Of a stretch of 64,000 nt of DNA, positions 58,798 through 64,000 are shown in pieces; position 1 is the first letter of the stretch, and each line of letters opens with the position of its first letter. Source of the DNA: the human T2T-CHM13v2.0 reference genome, Homo sapiens; the NCBI RefSeq assembly GCF_009914755.1, contig NC_060947.1, one strand, 5' to 3'. The notes below the pieces were generated by a model. It saw only the letters and a program-made list of their open reading frames with translations, did not search any database and had not been told where the DNA came from. The translations under genes and the position numbers were made by a program.

Positions 58798-61792
58798 ACC
58801 TTACTGATAATAGTAAGTACACAGAAAAACACAGAATGTTGTAACACTGTTGCTGAGATGTGTAAACTACTCTTATCCTAAATAGAAAGACTAAGCGACA
58901 AACCAACAGAAAAATAAGAACTACAACGGTACAAAAATATGTAAATAGAAACAATAAAAAAGTGAAAGGATTAAGTTAAGACACAGGGTTTTTATGAGGT
59001 TTGTTTTTGGCTTATTTGTTTCTTTGTTAATGCCAATGGTGTTAAGTTGCTATGAGTTAAAATAATGAGTTATTTACAAGCTAAGTGGTAACCTGAAAGC
59101 AAAAAACATAAAATGAATACACAAAAATAAAAAGCAAAAAAACTTAACTATATCACCAGAGAAAAATCACCTTCACTAAAACATAGAAAAAAAAACTGGA
59201 AGGAATGAAAGAAGGAAAAAAGACCACAAAACAATCAGAAAACAAGTAACAAAATGTAAGGAATGAGTTTTTAGTTATCAATAATAACATTGAATGTAAA
59301 TGGACTAAACCCTCAAATCAAATGCAAGGACTGGCTGAATGAATAAAAAAACAAGACCTATTGATCTATTGCCTACAAGAAACACACTTCACCTATGAAG
59401 AGAAACACAGACTGAAAATAAAAACATAAAAAAAATTCATGTCAATGGAAACCAACAAAGAGCAAAAGTAGCTATACTTATATCAGACAAAATAAATTTC
59501 AAGACAAAAACTATAAGATCAAAAAACAAACAAACAAACAAAAACGATAAGAACAGACAAGGAAGATCACTATATAGTAAAAAAGGTCAATTCAGTAAGA
59601 AGATATAGCAATTTAAAATATATATGTACCCAACATTGGAGCACCCAGATATAAAAAGGAAATATTATTAGAGGTGAAGAGAGAAATAAGCCCCAATATA
59701 GTAATAGCCAGACACTTCAACACCTCACTTTCAGCAAGAGACAGATCTTCCAGACAGAAAATCTACAACAACAACAACAACAACAACAACAACAGCAACA
59801 ACAAACATTGAACTTAATCTTCACTATACACCAAATGAATCTAATAGATATTTCCAGAATATTTTGTGCAAAGGCCACAGAATACACATTCTTTTCCTCA
59901 GCAAGTGAATTATTCTCAAGGCTAAACCATATGTTAGGTCATAAAATAAGTATTAAAACATTCAAAAAAATGAAATAATATAAAGTGTTTTCTCTGACCA
60001 CCATAAAATAAAACTAGAAATCAATAACAATAGTAATTTTGGAAACCATACAAATTCATGAAAATTAAACAATATGTTCATGAATGATCATTGAGTCAAT
60101 ATAAAAATTTAAAAAAATTTAAAAATTTCTTACAATAGATAATAATGGAAATACAACATACCAAAATCTATGAGATACAGCAAAAGCAGTACTAAGAGTG
60201 AAGTTTACAGGTATAAGTGCCTAGATCAAAAAGAGCAAAAATTTCGAGTAAAGAACCTAATGATGCATCCTAAAGAATTGGATCATAAGGAGCAAATTAA
60301 ACCCATCATTAGCAAAATAAAAACAAAATAAGGAAGAGAACAGAAAAACATAAAATTGAAATAATTCAATACAACAGATTAATAAAACAAAAAGTTGTTT
60401 TTATGAAATGTTGAAAAACTGACCAATTTTTAGCCAGACTAAGAAAAAAAGGGAGAGGATCCGAATAAATAAAATCAAAGTGAAAAAAAAGCCATTACAC
60501 TTGATGAAGCAGAAATTCAAAGGAATCTTAGAAACTGCTGTGGGCAATTACATGCCAATAAATTGTAAAATCTAGAAAAATGAAAAAATTACTACAGTCA
60601 TACCACCTACCAAGATTGCACAAGAAGGAATGCAAAACCTGAACAAACTACTAACAAGTAATGAAATTGAAGCAATAATAAAAAGTCTCCCAGTAAGGAA
60701 AAGACCACTATCCAATGGCTTTACTGCTAAATACTACCAAAAATTAAAAAAACTAATTTCAATCCTACTAAAATTATTCAAAAAAAAGAGGAGGAAAGAA
60801 TATGTTCGAACTCATTTTATGAGGCAAGTATTACCCTGACACCAAAGCGAGTAAAAGACACATAAAAATAAAACCTAGAGGCCAATATCTCTGAGGAATA
60901 TTCATGCAAAAATCCTCACCAAAATAATAGCAAATGGAATTCAACAATACATTAAAAAATCATTCATCGTGACCAAGTGCGATTTATCACAAGGATGCAA
61001 GGCTGGTTCAATACACACAAATCAATCAATATGATACATCCTATCAATAGACTAAAGAATGAAAACTATATTATCGTCTTAATTGGTGCTCAAAAAACAT
61101 TTGAGAAAATTCAACTCCTCATGGAAAAACCCTCAAAAATTGGGAATAAAAGGAAAATACTTCAACATAATAAAAGTCATATATGACAGATCCAAAGCTA
61201 ATATCATATTAGATAGGGAAAAACTGAAAGCCTTTCCTCTAATATCTGGAGCACAAGAATGTCCACGCTCACCACTGTTATTCAACACGGTACTGGAAGT
61301 CCTAGCTAGAGCAGTCAGACAAGAGAAAGATATAAATGGCATCCAAACTGGAAAGGAAGAAGTCAAAGTATCCTTCTTTGCAGATGATGATCTTATATTT
61401 GGAAAACCCAAAAGTCTCCACCAGAAAAAACTATTGGAAATAATAAACAAATTCAGTAAATTTGCAAGATATTAAATCAACATAAAAATCAGTATCATTT
61501 CTATATGCCAGTGAACAAACTGAAAAAGAAATAAAAAAGTAATCCCAATAGCCATACATAAAATTAAATACCTAGGAATTAAAGATCTCTACAATGAAAA
61601 CTATAAAACACTGATGAAAGAAATGGAAGAGGACAATAATAAATGAAAAAATATTTCATATTCCTGGATAGGAAGAATCAATACTGTTAAAATGTCCATA
61701 CTACCCAAGACAATGTACAGGTTCAGTGCAATCCCTATTAATATATCAATGACATTTTTCATAGAAATAGACGAAAACAATCTTAAAATTTA

Positions 61793-62188
<396 letters not shown>

Positions 62189-62400
62189 TTAATTGTACAT
62201 TTTAAAATAACTAAAAGAATATAATTGGATTGTTTATAACTCAAAGGATAAATGCTTGAGGGGATGGATACCCCATTCTCAGTGATATGTTTATTTTCTT
62301 TTTTTATGCCTGTATCAAAACATGTCATGTACTGATAAATATATAAATCTACTATGAACCCACATAACTTAAAAATTAAAACAATTAAAAATAATAACAA

Positions 62401-62765
62401 CTGTGGATATCAACTTGACTGAATTAAGAAATACTTAGAAACCTGGTAAACCATTACTTTGAGTGTGTCTGTGATGGTTTTTCCAGGGGAGAGTAGTCTG
62501 TGAGTCTGAATGGATTAAGACCCACTCTCAGTGCTGCCAAGAAGCATCCAATCAGCTGGGGCCCAGAGAGAACAAATACAGAAGGCAAATTTGTCTGTTT
62601 CTGAGAGCTGGGACTTTTATTCTGCTGCCTTGAACATCAGAACTCCAGGCTTGTCAACATTTTTTATCCACGATTTACACCAGTGGACCCCTTGGTCTTT
62701 ACACCTGGCTTCCTATGGCTTTTGACCCCAGACTGAGAGTTACATTATTGGCTTCCCTAGTGCTC
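62401..62765 (+). mobile_element. MLT2B-derived segment carried by Ricksha
   Basis: TCAACTTGACTGAATTAAG.AATAC.TAGA..CCTGGTAAA.CATTA.TTTG.GTGTGTCTGTGA; continues TTAATTTTAGGTGT at about 55560. Confidence 0.75.
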
Positions 62766-62981
62766 AGCATAAAAATGTATAAGCTTCCTTAATAAATGAA
62801 GATATGCATTTGTACATCTGCATTTGTGAAAGACAAACTTTCCAGACGTCTTGGCTCTTTAGGTGACTGCATAAGTGGTAGTGGCCCAACATGGTTTTTG
62901 ATCAATCTCATCAAAAGACTTACTTTGTCCACCACAGTATTTCAGAAGATCACAGTTATAAAGCTGGGTACACAAAATTAC

Positions 62982-63540
62982 TATAATGGTTAGTATTAAG
63001 TGTCAACTTGATTGGATTGAAGGATGCAAAGTATTGTTGCTGGGTGTGTCTGTGAGGGTGTTGCTAGAGGAGAATAACTTTGGAGTCAGTGGACTGGGAG
63101 AGGCAGATCCGCCCTCAATCTGGTTGGACACCATCCAATCGGTTGCCAGCATGGCTAGGAAAAACAGGCAGAAGAAGGTGGAATTAGCAGACTTGCTGAG
63201 TCTTCTGGCCCTCATCTTTCTCTGGTGCTGGATGCTTCCTGCCCTCGAACATCAGACTCCAAGTTCTCAGGCTTTTGGACTCTTGGACTTACATCAGTGG
63301 TTTGCCAGGGGCTCTCAGGCCTTCGGCCACAGATTGAAGGCGGCACTGTTGGTGTCCCTACTTTTGAGGTTTGGGGACTCAGACTGAGCCACTACTGGCT
63401 TCCTTGTTCCTCAGCTTGCAGATGGCCTACCGTGGGACTTCACCTTGTGATGGTGTGAATCAAGTCTCCTTAATAAACTTGCCTTCATATATACACATAT
63501 CTTATTAGTTCTGTCCCTCTAGAGAACCCTGACTAATACA
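62982..63540 (+). mobile_element. MLT2A (MLT2A2-like) HERV-L solo LTR
   Basis: GTGTCAACTTGATTGGATTGAAGGATGCAAAGTATTG...CTCTAGAGAACCCTGACTAATACA; perfect 5-bp TSD ATTAC at 62977 and 63541. Confidence 0.92.
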
Positions 63541-63898
63541 ATTACTAACCACAGTAATATGCATTTATGCCTTTCACTTTTTGATCTATTTTTTTATAAA
63601 CAGAATTTGTCTGCTCATAACTGTTGTGTCAGTGCAACTGTTGTTAGCATACTGTTTATGCTTGCAAAGAAATGTATGTTTTTATTGTCTATTTTATTGT
63701 GTAAAGTAGTCTATAAAGTATTCTTTTGTGTTTTTATATGTTTCTCAAAAAAGTCTGCTTAAAATGTAAATAAATGTCTTTAAAAGAAAATTTTAAATCA
63801 CTCTTTATAAAACTATATTTACTGATTTTGATCTTTCAGGATTTCAACATTTGAGATTGTAGTCTTTAGGATTGTGTCTTTTGGAATTATTATCTCCC

Positions 63899-64000
63899 TC
63901 AGAAATAAACTCACACATTTATAGTAACTAATTTTTTACAAAGGTGTCAAGAACATAGATGGGGAAAAAACACTCTCTTCTATAAGTGGTGGTGAGAAAA
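63899..64000 (+). mobile_element. Resumption of the host L1 ORF2
   Basis: CAGAAATAAACTCACACATTTATAG...ACAAAGGTGTCAAGAACA continues the L1 interrupted at 54990. Confidence 0.8.

Noticed and set aside
62986-63458. 133-aa and 77-aa ORFs
   Set aside because: Lie wholly inside the MLT2A LTR; incidental

Overview
This is primate (catarrhine, probably human or great ape) genomic DNA. It is AT-rich, CpG-poor and composed mostly of transposable elements. I find no credible host protein-coding gene, RNA gene or CRISPR array; the supplied ORFs are decayed L1, Alu, MaLR or mariner fragments, or low-complexity sequence. Contents: many nested LINE-1 copies of different ages, about 12 Alus (one AluY), MaLR elements (a THE1 provirus, MSTA/B, MLT1), solo LTRs (MER11, two MER34/39-like, LTR16, MLT2A), a near-full-length Hsmar1 mariner, and a Ricksha (MuDR-type) DNA transposon enlarged to about 8.9 kb by nested insertions. 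The most unusual signal lies below repeat-annotation level: several short, locally templated insertions and fold-back scars (15132-15223, 32544-32587, 53691-53820, 54707-54760, 34964-34994, 20113-20262). Two of them sit at the equivalent TA-rich position of two independent L1 copies. There is also a TSD-bounded L1 with a sense/inverted/inverted/sense structure (38967-41738). Subfamily names come from recalled consensus sequences and need RepeatMasker/Dfam confirmation; boundaries of old elements are approximate.
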